Of a stretch of 64,000 nt of DNA, positions 1-8,637 are shown piece by piece. The stretch spans positions 8,342 to 72,341 of the forward strand of contig CAYWMQ010000001.1 of the NCBI GenBank assembly GCA_964459635.1, read 5' to 3'. A program made the translations under genes and the position numbers. The stretch comes from an uncultured Candidatus Saccharibacteria bacterium (GTDB lineage: Bacteria > Patescibacteriota > Minisyncoccia > Phycocordibacterales > UBA12088). The notes beneath the pieces were generated by a model, which was given only the letters and a program-made list of their open reading frames with translations, ran no database searches and was not told the origin of the DNA. The first letter of the stretch is position 1. Every line of letters starts with the position of its first letter.

Positions 1-156
1 ATCGAGCTCCATCCACTCCTTCTTGATGCCCCGCATCACGCGTACCTGGCGATGCACCCCCGTGGCCTTCATCATAGAAAAGGCACCGACGGCGCGCAGG
101 AGCAGAAGAAGCTTCTGTTGATTCACACCCAGTCTTTCTCGTCTGTTACGATGCAT
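1..156 (-). CDS. hypothetical protein, N-terminal fragment (gene continues past window start)
   Basis: ATG at 156 on the minus strand opens a frame with no stop through position 1. It reads MHRNRRERLGVNQQKLLLLLRAVGAFSMMKATGVHRQVRVMRGIKKEWMELD. It is absent from the ORF track because it runs off the edge. No family recognised. Confidence 0.3.
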   Translation of the reverse strand, partial: MHRNRRERLGVNQQKLLLLLRAVGAFSMMKATGVHRQVRVMRGIKKEWMELD

Positions 157-473
157 GGGAACAGTATACGACACGGGTCGCATACCCAGCAACAGTCTAT
201 GAACGGCCGTTCATAGACTGTTGAGCTGCTTTGAGTGCGGTGGGTAGCATGTGTAGGTTGGGGTGGCTGACGTCGTTTGGGGGAGGTGTGGCGACAATGT
301 GTGTGACGAGAGGGACGAACGACTCGGCGTTTTTTCGGACGGTTTGTGGGGGTGCAGGGAGATGCTTACGCCAGAGCTTGACGTGTAGCGTAAAGTATGA
401 TATGAATGACGCGAACATGTTGTCTAGCACAATTTGCAGCAGGACTGTTCTTAGCAAGACAAAGGAGGACACA

Positions 474-755
474 ATGCTTTCGATGGAAGAAGCGGTTAAA
501 AAAACACGGATTAGCACAGGACGGGCCGAAGAACTCAAGGCCATGGAGGGAGTGGCGGACATGCATATACTCGCCTTATCCGCCGAGGAAGTCTCGAGTA
601 ATGGCGTAACGTTCACACTGCGCACGCCACCTAGTGCCGAGGTGCAGCGCGTGTTCGAAGCAAGGTGCGATGAGAATCATTGGTGGCTGAGCTATCGACC
701 CAACGTGGATGGAACGTTTGTTGTTCACCTCGAAAAGCGACGCGTTCCCTTCTAG
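474..755 (+). CDS. small hypothetical protein (93 aa)
   Basis: This is the internal ATG of track ORF 231..755. It is preceded by the Shine-Dalgarno AAGGAGGA (462-469) 5 nt upstream. The MLSMEEAVKKTRISTGRAEELKAM... part looks protein-like, unlike the upstream Cys/Arg-rich extension. Confidence 0.5.
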   Translation: MLSMEEAVKKTRISTGRAEELKAMEGVADMHILALSAEEVSSNGVTFTLRTPPSAEVQRVFEARCDENHWWLSYRPNVDGTFVVHLEKRRVPF

Positions 756-777
756 AAGGTACAAACAAAGCACAACA

Positions 778-795
778 GGGGGCAGCAATGCCCCC
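778..795 (+). terminator. hairpin GGGGGCA-gcaa-TGCCCCC, 23 nt after the stop of 474..755
   Basis: 7-bp GC stem with a 4-nt loop, followed by TTCTC. The T-tract is weak. Confidence 0.4.
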
Positions 796-860
796 TTCTC
801 GACACTCTGCTCATAGCCTATATGACAACACTAAGTAACATGATACGGTTCTACTTGTGG

Positions 861-889
861 TTGACAAATATATAAGAATATGCTTGAAT
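861..889 (+). promoter_or_regulatory. possible sigma70-like promoter for 1011..1829
   Basis: Perfect -35 TTGACA (861-866), a 17-nt AT-rich spacer, and a weak -10 TTGAAT (884-889). Confidence 0.25.
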
Positions 890-1010
890 TGTACCAGAGC
901 CTCGCGATGAGGCTTCGTTCGTTGTAACTTCCCCAAACTACCCACGGGTAGCGCGGGGACTGCTCTGTACGCAGGGCAGCTAGAGGCGGTACGCCGCCAA
1001 GGAGAGAAAG

Positions 1011-1829
1011 ATGCAGCAGGAAGATGATGGCTCAAATCATTACGCGCGGGGTCATGAGGAATTTGACCCGCGCACTGAGTACGATCAGGGCACCAGTTAT
1101 TTTAGGAGTAGCCCATTGAGCGCAACGTTAAACCTGCTCGTGGGCGATGCTGATCCCTCTACGAGGCGAGACCTGGTCGAGGCTGCCTTCCGCAGGGCCG
1201 CACTCGGCTACAAAGACGGATTCGGGAACGAAGTGCTACCAAACGATTATGCGGCGGAACAGCTGGTGGACGAGCTTCGCGTGACTATGTACCGAGCATT
1301 TCCGCAGTCGAAGGCGCCGGAAGGTTTGTCGCGAGGTGCGAGAATCGCACACGAACAGGCACAGCACGAGGCCGCGAGCCTTGCTGCACTCACCGAGCTC
1401 AGCTCGATAGCGGAAAAGCTGCCGACGACGCGACAGTGGAGGGGGGCCAAAGTTCCCCACCTTCTCTATACGAAGCTGGCACTGGCGCGGGCATACTTTT
1501 GGGGTTGGTGGCGCCTGCAGGATGATACACCACGGAGCAGGGCCGCTTTCAAAGCATTCGAGCGGCTGTACCTCGCACACGTCACGGAATCGCCGGGTAC
1601 AGCGGAGAAGCTGTATCAGGTGCTTGCTGATGTGGTCAAAGCTGCTTGCGAATTCAAAGATCCTGAGGTGGTTCGCGACCTGGACCGATGGATACTCTTC
1701 GCTGAAGCGGCCGCACTGCGGGTGCCTTTCGCACAGGCACGGGCGCGAATCATTGGGCGAGAGGAGGCGGGCAAGGAAGCGCACAAGGAAGCGCTGGCGC
1801 GCAGCGAAATGAAGGGACGAGTGCGGTAG
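1011..1829 (+). CDS. hypothetical protein (272 aa)
   Basis: ORF with the Shine-Dalgarno AAGGAGA (999-1005) 6 nt upstream of the ATG. No recognisable motif. Confidence 0.55.
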   Translation: MQQEDDGSNHYARGHEEFDPRTEYDQGTSYFRSSPLSATLNLLVGDADPSTRRDLVEAAFRRAALGYKDGFGNEVLPNDYAAEQLVDELRVTMYRAFPQSKAPEGLSRGARIAHEQAQHEAASLAALTELSSIAEKLPTTRQWRGAKVPHLLYTKLALARAYFWGWWRLQDDTPRSRAAFKAFERLYLAHVTESPGTAEKLYQVLADVVKAACEFKDPEVVRDLDRWILFAEAAALRVPFAQARARIIGREEAGKEAHKEALARSEMKGRVR

Positions 1830-1864
1830 GTACCGCACCTTAGAGGGGCCCTTACACGGCCCCT
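1820..1864 (+). terminator. two consecutive GC hairpins at the end of 1011..1829
   Basis: GTGCGGTA/TACCGCAC (1820-1837, overlapping the stop) and GAGGGGCC-cttacac-GGCCCCTC (1842-1864). There is no T-tract, so this is a terminator-like structure only. Confidence 0.35.
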
Positions 1865-1939
1865 CACTACTTGACGGAAGAAAGTGTATAGAGTACACTA
1901 ACACATGGAACACGGGCCGTGGCGTGGCCTGCGAAATAG

Positions 1940-1968
1940 TTGACGTATCTAGTAAAATATGTTAAAAT
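1940..1968 (+). promoter_or_regulatory. sigma70-like promoter upstream of nadE
   Basis: TTGACG (1940-1945), a 17-nt spacer, then TAAAAT (1963-1968), in an AT-rich island 50 nt upstream of the nadE start. Confidence 0.45.
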
Positions 1969-2018
1969 AGCGCGATTTGTTCGTTGATAAATAGATGGAA
2001 AAAAAGAGGAGGAATAGC

Positions 2019-3704
2019 ATGACTCTTCGTGTTGCAGCGATGCAGATCAACTGCAGAATGCTTGACTTGAAAGGAAACAGCCGCAAGGTCATCGCGGCCT
2101 ACCGACAGCTTGCGGCATCCGGGGCTCATGTAGTGACAGCCCCTGAGCTCGTGCTGACGGACTACCCTGCGGTGGATTACTACACGAACGCGGCTGTCTT
2201 GCGCGAGCAGGACAAAGCGCTCGAACGTGTGCTCCGCGCTGTCGGCGAGACTGTGCTCGTGCTCACACATGTCACACGTAACCTCGGGACGGGTAAGCCG
2301 CTCTTCAACACTATCGTGGTGATGCAACATGGGCGGATCATTCACCGGCAGCACAAGGCCTGCCTCGCCGATCAAAGCGAGTTTATGGAATGGCGTCAGT
2401 TTGAGCCCAACCCAAGTCGTATTGAGGCGTTCCAGGTGTCCTTTGCCGATGGGGAAACCGCTCGGTGTGCGGTTCTCGCTTGTGAAGATATCTGGGGCGG
2501 TCCGGTGCCCGGCGGGTCCGGTACGATACACACTCGCGAGGCGGTTGAAGAAGTCGCCGCTCTCCGGGTGGAGTATCTCTTCGTCCCCAACGGCTCGCCC
2601 GGCTGGGTGAACAAGCCGCTCCTGCGGGACCGACTGCTGCGGCATGTGGCCACGCGCACCGGTGCGACGGTGGTGTATGCCAACAAGACGGGCGGCACCG
2701 ACAACTTGGTGTTCGACGGGGACAGCAGCATATACGCACCACACGGGTGTGTGGCGCGCGGTCTCCTCTTTGAAGAAGGTGTGGTGACCAATTACTGCTA
2801 TGGTATTGCCGACCCGCTCGCCGTGCCGGTACAGGACAGCATGGAATACTTGTATCGCCTGCTCGTGATGAGTGTGCGGGACTACTACGAGAAGAACCCG
2901 TACTTCACGGGCTTGCTCGTATCTTCCTCGGGCGGCATCGACTCGGCACTCACTGCCGCACTTGGCGTTGAGGCACTGGGTCCCGATCGCATGCGTTTGC
3001 TGATGCAACCCTCTGCTATTTCGTCTGAGCACAGCGTGCAAGACGCCGTCGCCCTCGCTCGCAATCTCGGGGTGGAGCAAAATCATCTCATCTCGATCGA
3101 GCCGGCGATGAATGCGCTCGAGTCAATGCTCGAACCCTACTTCGTGGGGCTACCGCGAGATGTAACGGAAGAGAATGAGCAGGCGCGCATCCGTGGCGTG
3201 GTGGCAATGGCGTTTGCTAATAAGTTCCACCTGCTTCCGCTTGCGACCGGCAACAAGTCGGAGATGTCGGTGGGCTACGCCACACTCTACGGAGATATGT
3301 GCGGAGGCTACGCGGTTCTCAAGGATGTCTACAAGACGACCGTGTTCAAACTCGCGCGCTACGTGAACGAGCGAGCAGGTCACGCGCTCATTCCCGAGCA
3401 CATCCTTACGAAGCCGCCAAGCGCGGAGCTTTCCGAGGGTCAGATGGATACCGACTCGCTGCCTCCGTACGATGTGCTGGACGCGATCCTGCAGAGGGTC
3501 ATTGAAGAGGGTTTGTTCGCGGCGGACATTATCGCCCAAGGCTTCGACGCAGAGACAGTCTGTCGAGTGGAACGGATGGTTACTGCAGCTGAGTTCAAGC
3601 GACGACAGGCTCCTCCGGGGCCGAAGACAACCGCGCGCGGCTTGGTGGCTGATACCGGACGTGTCGTACCCATTACGGTGAACTTCACGCGAATTGACGA
3701 TTGA
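2019..3704 (+). CDS. nadE: glutamine-dependent NAD+ synthetase (N-terminal CN-hydrolase/nitrilase domain plus C-terminal NAD synthetase domain)
   Basis: Start chosen at ATG 2019 (MTLRVAAMQIN, the typical nitrilase-domain N-terminus) with the Shine-Dalgarno GAGGAGG 6 nt upstream; the track start 1995 is an extension. PP-loop SSGGIDSAL at about residue 310. C-terminal motifs FKLARYVNE and KPPSAELSEGQ..DTDSLPPY are typical of NadE. Confidence 0.9.
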   Translation: MTLRVAAMQINCRMLDLKGNSRKVIAAYRQLAASGAHVVTAPELVLTDYPAVDYYTNAAVLREQDKALERVLRAVGETVLVLTHVTRNLGTGKPLFNTIVVMQHGRIIHRQHKACLADQSEFMEWRQFEPNPSRIEAFQVSFADGETARCAVLACEDIWGGPVPGGSGTIHTREAVEEVAALRVEYLFVPNGSPGWVNKPLLRDRLLRHVATRTGATVVYANKTGGTDNLVFDGDSSIYAPHGCVARGLLFEEGVVTNYCYGIADPLAVPVQDSMEYLYRLLVMSVRDYYEKNPYFTGLLVSSSGGIDSALTAALGVEALGPDRMRLLMQPSAISSEHSVQDAVALARNLGVEQNHLISIEPAMNALESMLEPYFVGLPRDVTEENEQARIRGVVAMAFANKFHLLPLATGNKSEMSVGYATLYGDMCGGYAVLKDVYKTTVFKLARYVNERAGHALIPEHILTKPPSAELSEGQMDTDSLPPYDVLDAILQRVIEEGLFAADIIAQGFDAETVCRVERMVTAAEFKRRQAPPGPKTTARGLVADTGRVVPITVNFTRIDD

Positions 3705-3759
3705 TCCGCACGGCAACCCGCCCCGCGCCTTCGGGCGCGGGGCACGGAGGAGACGAACG

Positions 3760-4491
3760 ATGCACCATGTGATGAACATTCAGGGGGTGCCGATCGTGCA
3801 GCCCGAGGACCTGTTCAAGACAGTGTTCCTCTTCGCCGGGCGCTTCCACGTGCCCGGACTGCACCACCGCATACTTGTCGAGATGCTGTCTATGCTCGCG
3901 GCAGACACTGCGGAGAAGACAGGCTACCTCGCCGAAGTGGTGGTGTGGCCCGTAGCGGCGTACGATGAGCGGGACATCTGCATCAGCATCGAGCACCGCA
4001 AACAACTTGTGGCTCGCGCGTTTGCGGATATTCCGCACGTCATGTTTCGCTGGGACGATTTGGAAAACGGAGGGTATGGCTATACGCCGACCGTGGACCA
4101 GTACGACCGCCTTGCGAACGTGCCGGACCAGGAGCTACGCGGCCTGCTGCGACATCGGCTTACCGTGCCTTCGCTCTTGCGCCAGGTGTTCATCGTGGCG
4201 GGAGCGGACAATGTGGCACGTGAGACCGTGCTGTCGTGGGAGCAGGGGGACTGGCTGTTCGACGAAGCTCCGTGGATCATCTTCACGCGGCCCGGACACG
4301 TGCTCACGGATGCTCCGCCACATCGCACGGTCATCGAAGTAGACCTTCCGATGTGCGCCACCGACATCATCGCGAAGATCGAGCGTGGTGAGGAATGGGA
4401 GTCGCTCGTGGCGAATCGACGGGTGGCCGACTACATCAAGCAGCACGGGCTGTACGGATACGGAGGCGCTCCGGTTACGGCGGCTTGGTGA
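3760..4491 (+). CDS. nadD: nicotinate-nucleotide adenylyltransferase (NaMN adenylyltransferase)
   Basis: Start at ATG 3760 with GGAGGAG 9 nt upstream; the track start 3694 overlaps nadE. N-terminal nucleotidyltransferase-like motif FAGRFHVPGLHH. C-terminal CATDIIAKIERGEEWESLVANRRVADYIKQHGLY aligns with the E. coli NadD [34 protein letters not shown]. Confidence 0.75.
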   Translation: MHHVMNIQGVPIVQPEDLFKTVFLFAGRFHVPGLHHRILVEMLSMLAADTAEKTGYLAEVVVWPVAAYDERDICISIEHRKQLVARAFADIPHVMFRWDDLENGGYGYTPTVDQYDRLANVPDQELRGLLRHRLTVPSLLRQVFIVAGADNVARETVLSWEQGDWLFDEAPWIIFTRPGHVLTDAPPHRTVIEVDLPMCATDIIAKIERGEEWESLVANRRVADYIKQHGLYGYGGAPVTAAW

Positions 4492-4561
4492 TGTGCGGCT
4501 TCGGACTTAACTGTGACTCACACATACCCCGCGCGCGTCTGCGCGCGGGGAGGAGGGAGAG

Positions 4562-6175
4562 ATGGAATTGAACACGAATTGGCTGAAGGGTAACAGAAAT
4601 CTGCTGGCCGCGTATCGCAACATGGGCCAGCCGGAAACGTTGCCGTGGGATCACTACGAAGTGAGCATGGCGGACGTGGATGTGGCGGAGGGTCATGATG
4701 ACACGTACATGTCCAAGGCCTTCTTCATCCGAAAAGCGCCTTTTGGTGGCACGTATGCGCTGCTTGGTGGCTTGACCAAAGCGTTGCGAGTCATCAATGA
4801 TTGGCGCTGCGACCCGGTACAGGCGGAGATGCTGCGATATCTGGGCGTGCCTGAACGGTACGTGCAGTACTTGCAGCATCATCAGCGCTTGCGGCTGCGA
4901 ATCTACGCTATGCGGGAGGGCACACCATTCTTCCCCCATGAGCCGGCAATCATCGTCTATGGGCCAAAGCCCGATGTGCGTCTGGTAGAGGGTATTGTGA
5001 GCGAGGCGTGTAACTACGGCTCGCTGTCGCTCACGAAGTGGCATCGCATCGTGCAAGCTGCGCGTCCGGGCCAGGTGCTCGAGTTCTCTCGTCGCAGGGC
5101 TCAGAACAGCGTGCTGGCATCAATCTACGCAGCATGCGCCGGCTGCGCCGCCACGAGTAACACCGCAGTGCTGCAGCACCTTGATATTCCCGTTAAAGGA
5201 ACAATGGGACATGAGGGGCCACAGTCAGTCGGCGACCCACGGGCATGGTTTGATGCCATGTTGCGGGCTAATCCCCGCAACGCGATCGGGCTTGTCGACA
5301 CCATTAGTTGTCTCGACGTCGATTTCCCGGCTTGGCTTGACTGCGTGTATGTGCATCGAGAAGAGGTGAAAGAGCATGCTGCTGTTTGGGGATGGCGCAA
5401 CGACAGTGGGTCCCTGGCAGTGCTCACCATTGAGCAGTATCAGCGATTCAGGCGGCACCCACTTTCGCAGGACCGATGGTTCGTTGAGCGAGCTCGCGTT
5501 GTACAGGGAGGCGGCCTCGACGAATATAAGATCCAGGGAATAACGCGCGATGTATACAGCATGGCGAGGCAGATCGGTCTCGATGGCGATGACCTTGTGA
5601 GTCGCTTCATTTGGGCGGTCGGTGATGCAGGTGGCTCGTGCACCGATCAGCCCATACTTGGCGGTGTGATGAAAATCGGACTCGTCGGCGGCCAGGCAAG
5701 CATAAAGCTTGCCCTTGCGGCAGACGCGTCCGTGAGCGACAAGACGTCCATTCCAGGCTTTGTGCTCTCCGCGAACGTATATGACGCGGGCAACGAGCAT
5801 CAGGGTGTGTTGCTGTACCGGCCCTCGACGGACGCACTCGTTGCCAACGTGGTGGGGTCCGGTACGTGGTGGCCGGAGGATGTGGAAATGTGCGCGATGT
5901 CCAACAGGGCAAAGCGCACGCTCGTGCGCGGGGCTCGTGTTGAGCCGAAACATACGGTCGTCTACGATAGCCTCGTGGGGACGGGGCCGACTGCGTGGCA
6001 AGAAACCACCGTCGACTCTGTGCATACTGCAATCGAAGAGGAGGTGGGTAAGCTCTGGTGGGGAGCTCGGCAGTTGCAGGACCCGACGCCGCCGCGTGTG
6101 TCAGTGACGGAGGATCTGTTCGACTTGCGCCAGCGCATGATCGAAAATTGGCAGATTCTTGAGTCTGCTGCATAG
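4562..6175 (+). CDS. pncB: nicotinate phosphoribosyltransferase family protein
   Basis: Shine-Dalgarno GGAGGAGGGAGA directly upstream. LEFSRRRAQNSV...AACAGCAATSNTAV matches the NAPRTase EFGxRRAQ...TSNVxAG motifs. The protein is 537 aa, somewhat long for the family. Confidence 0.7.
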   Translation: MELNTNWLKGNRNLLAAYRNMGQPETLPWDHYEVSMADVDVAEGHDDTYMSKAFFIRKAPFGGTYALLGGLTKALRVINDWRCDPVQAEMLRYLGVPERYVQYLQHHQRLRLRIYAMREGTPFFPHEPAIIVYGPKPDVRLVEGIVSEACNYGSLSLTKWHRIVQAARPGQVLEFSRRRAQNSVLASIYAACAGCAATSNTAVLQHLDIPVKGTMGHEGPQSVGDPRAWFDAMLRANPRNAIGLVDTISCLDVDFPAWLDCVYVHREEVKEHAAVWGWRNDSGSLAVLTIEQYQRFRRHPLSQDRWFVERARVVQGGGLDEYKIQGITRDVYSMARQIGLDGDDLVSRFIWAVGDAGGSCTDQPILGGVMKIGLVGGQASIKLALAADASVSDKTSIPGFVLSANVYDAGNEHQGVLLYRPSTDALVANVVGSGTWWPEDVEMCAMSNRAKRTLVRGARVEPKHTVVYDSLVGTGPTAWQETTVDSVHTAIEEEVGKLWWGARQLQDPTPPRVSVTEDLFDLRQRMIENWQILESAA

Positions 6176-6212
6176 CAGGCAAGGCAACTGTTCTTTGGCG
6201 CACATGCGCTAC

Positions 6213-6236
6213 GGCCGGAGGGGAAACCTTCCGGCC
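6213..6236 (+). terminator. hairpin GGCCGGA-ggggaaacct-TCCGGCC after the pncB stop
   Basis: 7-bp GC stem about 40 nt after the TAG (6173-6175), followed by TTGACTTTATCG, which also supplies the -35 of the next promoter. Confidence 0.4.
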
Positions 6237-6264
6237 TTGACTTTATCGCTAGAATGTGTATAAT
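6237..6264 (+). promoter_or_regulatory. sigma70-like promoter TTGACT-16-TATAAT
   Basis: TTGACT at 6237-6242 and TATAAT at 6259-6264 with a 16-nt spacer, 63 nt upstream of ATG 6327. Confidence 0.5.
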
Positions 6265-6326
6265 TATAAGGGAGCAGTAGCACATCAAATCCGGTGTGCT
6301 CGCCGTTCCTGTTAATGGAGGATGCA

Positions 6327-6560
6327 ATGCAGATTAAGTTTGACCGCAACATCGGGCTCGCAGAGCTTCTCGATGCCTTGAAAGACAACTCGCACGTCAG
6401 CGGCCGGATCGAGAAAGATGGTGGCGTGGACGCTAGGTTCGAGCAGAATGCGCCGCGGGTACTTTTTACGTTTCGTCGACTGCCGGTCGCGGAGGTGAGA
6501 GCTATGCTAGCCTTTGACTATCCCGCTGCTGAGTGGGTGGTAATCACCGAGATTATCTAA
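6327..6560 (+). CDS. small hypothetical protein (77 aa)
   Basis: ATG 6327 with the Shine-Dalgarno GGAGGA (6317-6322) 4 nt upstream; the track start 6294 is an extension. Reads MQIKFDRNIGLAELLDALKDNSHVSGRIEKDGG... Confidence 0.5.
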   Translation: MQIKFDRNIGLAELLDALKDNSHVSGRIEKDGGVDARFEQNAPRVLFTFRRLPVAEVRAMLAFDYPAAEWVVITEII

Positions 6561-6597
6561 GCACAAGGTCGACCCTCGCCAGAAGACGTTCACACGG

Positions 6598-6622
6598 ACC
6601 CGGTGCTCTATGAGCACCGGGT
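6598..6622 (+). terminator. hairpin ACCCGGTGCTC-tat-GAGCACCGGGT after the small gene
   Basis: Perfect 11-bp stem with a 3-nt loop, 38 nt after the stop. No T-tract. Confidence 0.4.
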
Positions 6623-6673
6623 CTTACTGCGCGTGGTTGCTACACTAGCTTTCGTACTGATGGTTTTGCGTCT

Positions 6674-6708
6674 AACTCTAAACTCTAAACTCAAAACTCT
6701 AAACTTTG
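6674..6708 (+). repeat. heptanucleotide tandem array (AACTCTA)n, about 5 units
   Basis: aactcta aactcta aactcaa aactcta aactttg, 47 nt upstream of the ABC ATPase ATG. A related array actctaa actctac actatcc lies at 36279-36299 upstream of ATG 36316. Confidence 0.6.
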
Positions 6709-6754
6709 CACCTCTTCCTCTCTTCTTCATGAGCTTGTGCTACACTAGGTACCC

Positions 6755-7681
6755 ATGGCTGATGCTGCACTTTCACTACGCGACCTGCGCAAGACGTACG
6801 AAAACGGTACGGAGGCGCTGAAGGGTATCACGCTTGCCGTACCGCGCGGTGAGCTCTTTGCATTGCTCGGGCCGAACGGCGCGGGAAAGTCTACGACCAT
6901 AGGCATCATTACCGGGCTCACCAACAAGACAAGCGGCACAGTGGAAGTCTTCGGCACGTCCATCGACGCCGACCACGACAAGGTGAAGTCGTATATCGGG
7001 CTTGTGCCGCAGGAGATGAACTTCAACATCTTTGAGAAGGTCATAGACATCGTATGCACGCAGGGTGGGTACTACGGGCTCCCGCGCAAGCTTGCCGCAG
7101 AACGCGCGGAAAAGTATCTCACCGCGCTTGGTCTCTGGGATAAGCGCAACGACAAGGGGCGCACGCTCTCGGGCGGCATGAAGCGCAGACTCATGATCGC
7201 GCGCGCACTCGTCCATGAGCCGGAGCTTTTGATATTGGATGAGCCGACGGCGGGTGTGGACGTGGAGCTTCGCCGAGGCATGTACGACTTTCTGCGGCGG
7301 CTCATAGCAGAGGGTAAGACCATCATCCTCACCACGCACTACCTGGAGGAAGCGGAAGAGCTCGCGAAGGGGCTCGCTATCATCAACAACGGCACGATAG
7401 TGGCGGAGGGCACGGTAAAGCAGCTCCTTGCAGGTATGGACGCAGCCACGTACGTGCTCGACGTTGCCGGGCCGGTGCGCGCAGACGCTTTGGGTGTGGT
7501 ACGCGCGTATGCACCTCACGTGCGCGACAGCGATACGCTTGAGCTCACTGCGCGTACTGATGCGACACTGGGTCGTGCAGTCGCCCTGCTTGAGCAGGGT
7601 GGCGTGTCGGTAGTGAGCGTGCGACCCAAGGGGAATAGGCTGGAAGAATTATTCGTCAAGTTGACGAATAATTCAAAGTAA
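6755..7681 (+). CDS. ABC transporter ATP-binding protein
   Basis: Walker A GPNGAGKST, ABC signature LSGGMKRRL and Walker B LLILDEPT. It is adjacent to an ABC-2 permease. Confidence 0.9.
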   Translation: MADAALSLRDLRKTYENGTEALKGITLAVPRGELFALLGPNGAGKSTTIGIITGLTNKTSGTVEVFGTSIDADHDKVKSYIGLVPQEMNFNIFEKVIDIVCTQGGYYGLPRKLAAERAEKYLTALGLWDKRNDKGRTLSGGMKRRLMIARALVHEPELLILDEPTAGVDVELRRGMYDFLRRLIAEGKTIILTTHYLEEAEELAKGLAIINNGTIVAEGTVKQLLAGMDAATYVLDVAGPVRADALGVVRAYAPHVRDSDTLELTARTDATLGRAVALLEQGGVSVVSVRPKGNRLEELFVKLTNNSK

Positions 7682-7791
7682 AAAGTCAAAAGTCAAAATG
7701 CAAAAATCCAAGTCAAAATTCAAAAGCTGCGGCACTCGTACCTCTCACTTTTTACTTGCGCTTTTAACTTCTACCTTTTGAATTTTGACTT
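7681..7791 (+). promoter_or_regulatory. AAAAGTC-type heptamer array and a perfect 17-bp inverted repeat between the ABC ATPase and permease genes
   Basis: aaaagtc aaaagtc aaaatgc aaaaatc ... aaaattc at 7681-7728. AAGTCAAAATTCAAAAG (7710-7726) and its exact reverse complement CTTTTGAATTTTGACTT (7775-7791) are separated by 48 nt. The right arm ends 10 nt before the permease ATG 7802 and covers the alternative TTG start 7778. Confidence 0.5.
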
Positions 7792-7801
7792 ATACGACCT
7801 T

Positions 7802-8572
7802 ATGTCCAACCGTACCTACATCGCCTTCCAAACCATCGTCCGCAAAGAGGTCGTGCGCTTTATGCGCATATGGTCGCAGACGTTGCTGCCCGCCGTTATT
7901 ACCGCCACACTCTACTATGCGATATTTGGCGCTTTTTTGGGCGAGCGTATCGGGCAGGTGGAGGGAGTGTCCTACATCGCATTCATAGTACCCGGGCTTG
8001 TGATGATGGCGGTGATCACCAACAGTTACAGCAACACGGTAAGCAGCTTTTTCGGTTCGAAGTTCCAGAAAAATCTTGAGGAGCTTATGGTGGCACCCGT
8101 GCCGCACTGGGTGGTGATAGCGGGTTACACGGTAGGCGGTGCGTTGCGCGGGCTTCTGACCGGCATACTGTCGCTCGCAGTCGCGCTTTTCTTTACCCGC
8201 TTGCCCGTGGCCCACGCAGGACTCGTGCTCGTGTTTTTCGTGCTCACGGCGGTGCTTTTTTCACTTGCGGGGCTCATCAACGGTGTGTTTGCCAAGGGCT
8301 TTGACAGCATTTCGATATTTCCCACGTTCGTCCTCACGCCGCTCATCTACCTCGGCGGTGTCTTTTACCCCATTTCTGTTCTGCCGCCTTTCTGGCAGTC
8401 GGTATCGCTTGCGAACCCTATTCTGTACCTCATCAACGGCTTTCGGTACGGTTTCCTCGGCGTGGCGGATGTGCCCGTCACTGGGGCGCTTGCAGTCTTG
8501 GTAGGCTTCATCGTTGTGCTTGCGGCGGTGCTGCAGTACCTCTTCGTGAAAGGCTACGGGCTACGCAGTTAA
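7802..8572 (+). CDS. ABC-2 type transporter permease
   Basis: Six predicted TM helices, immediately downstream of the ABC ATPase. ATG 7802 (MSNRTYIAFQ) is preferred over the track's TTG 7778. Confidence 0.8.
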   Translation: MSNRTYIAFQTIVRKEVVRFMRIWSQTLLPAVITATLYYAIFGAFLGERIGQVEGVSYIAFIVPGLVMMAVITNSYSNTVSSFFGSKFQKNLEELMVAPVPHWVVIAGYTVGGALRGLLTGILSLAVALFFTRLPVAHAGLVLVFFVLTAVLFSLAGLINGVFAKGFDSISIFPTFVLTPLIYLGGVFYPISVLPPFWQSVSLANPILYLINGFRYGFLGVADVPVTGALAVLVGFIVVLAAVLQYLFVKGYGLRS

Positions 8573-8588
8573 GCGGGCAACTCAAAAA

Positions 8589-8616
8589 GAGGAGACAATG
8601 CCATGGTTGTCTCCTC
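8589..8616. terminator. bidirectional hairpin GAGGAGACAA-tgccatgg-TTGTCTCCTC
   Basis: Perfect 10-bp stem. The A5 run at 8584-8588 gives a T-tract on the minus strand, so it acts as a terminator for minus gene 8638..8838. It also lies 17 nt after the permease stop. Confidence 0.55.
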
Positions 8617-8637
8617 GTAGGTGCGTGCTTGCATTGC

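Noticed and set aside
197-625. Minus-strand 142-aa ORF, and the 231-473 N-terminal extension of the + ORF
   Set aside because: Both are Cys/Arg/Ser-rich with no RBS. Only the 474..755 portion has a strong Shine-Dalgarno and protein-like composition.
1962-3086. 374-aa minus-strand ORF antisense to nadE, and 1236..1913 antisense to the 1011 gene
   Set aside because: They are opposite a gene with unambiguous NadE motifs. This is a typical GC-rich antisense open frame.
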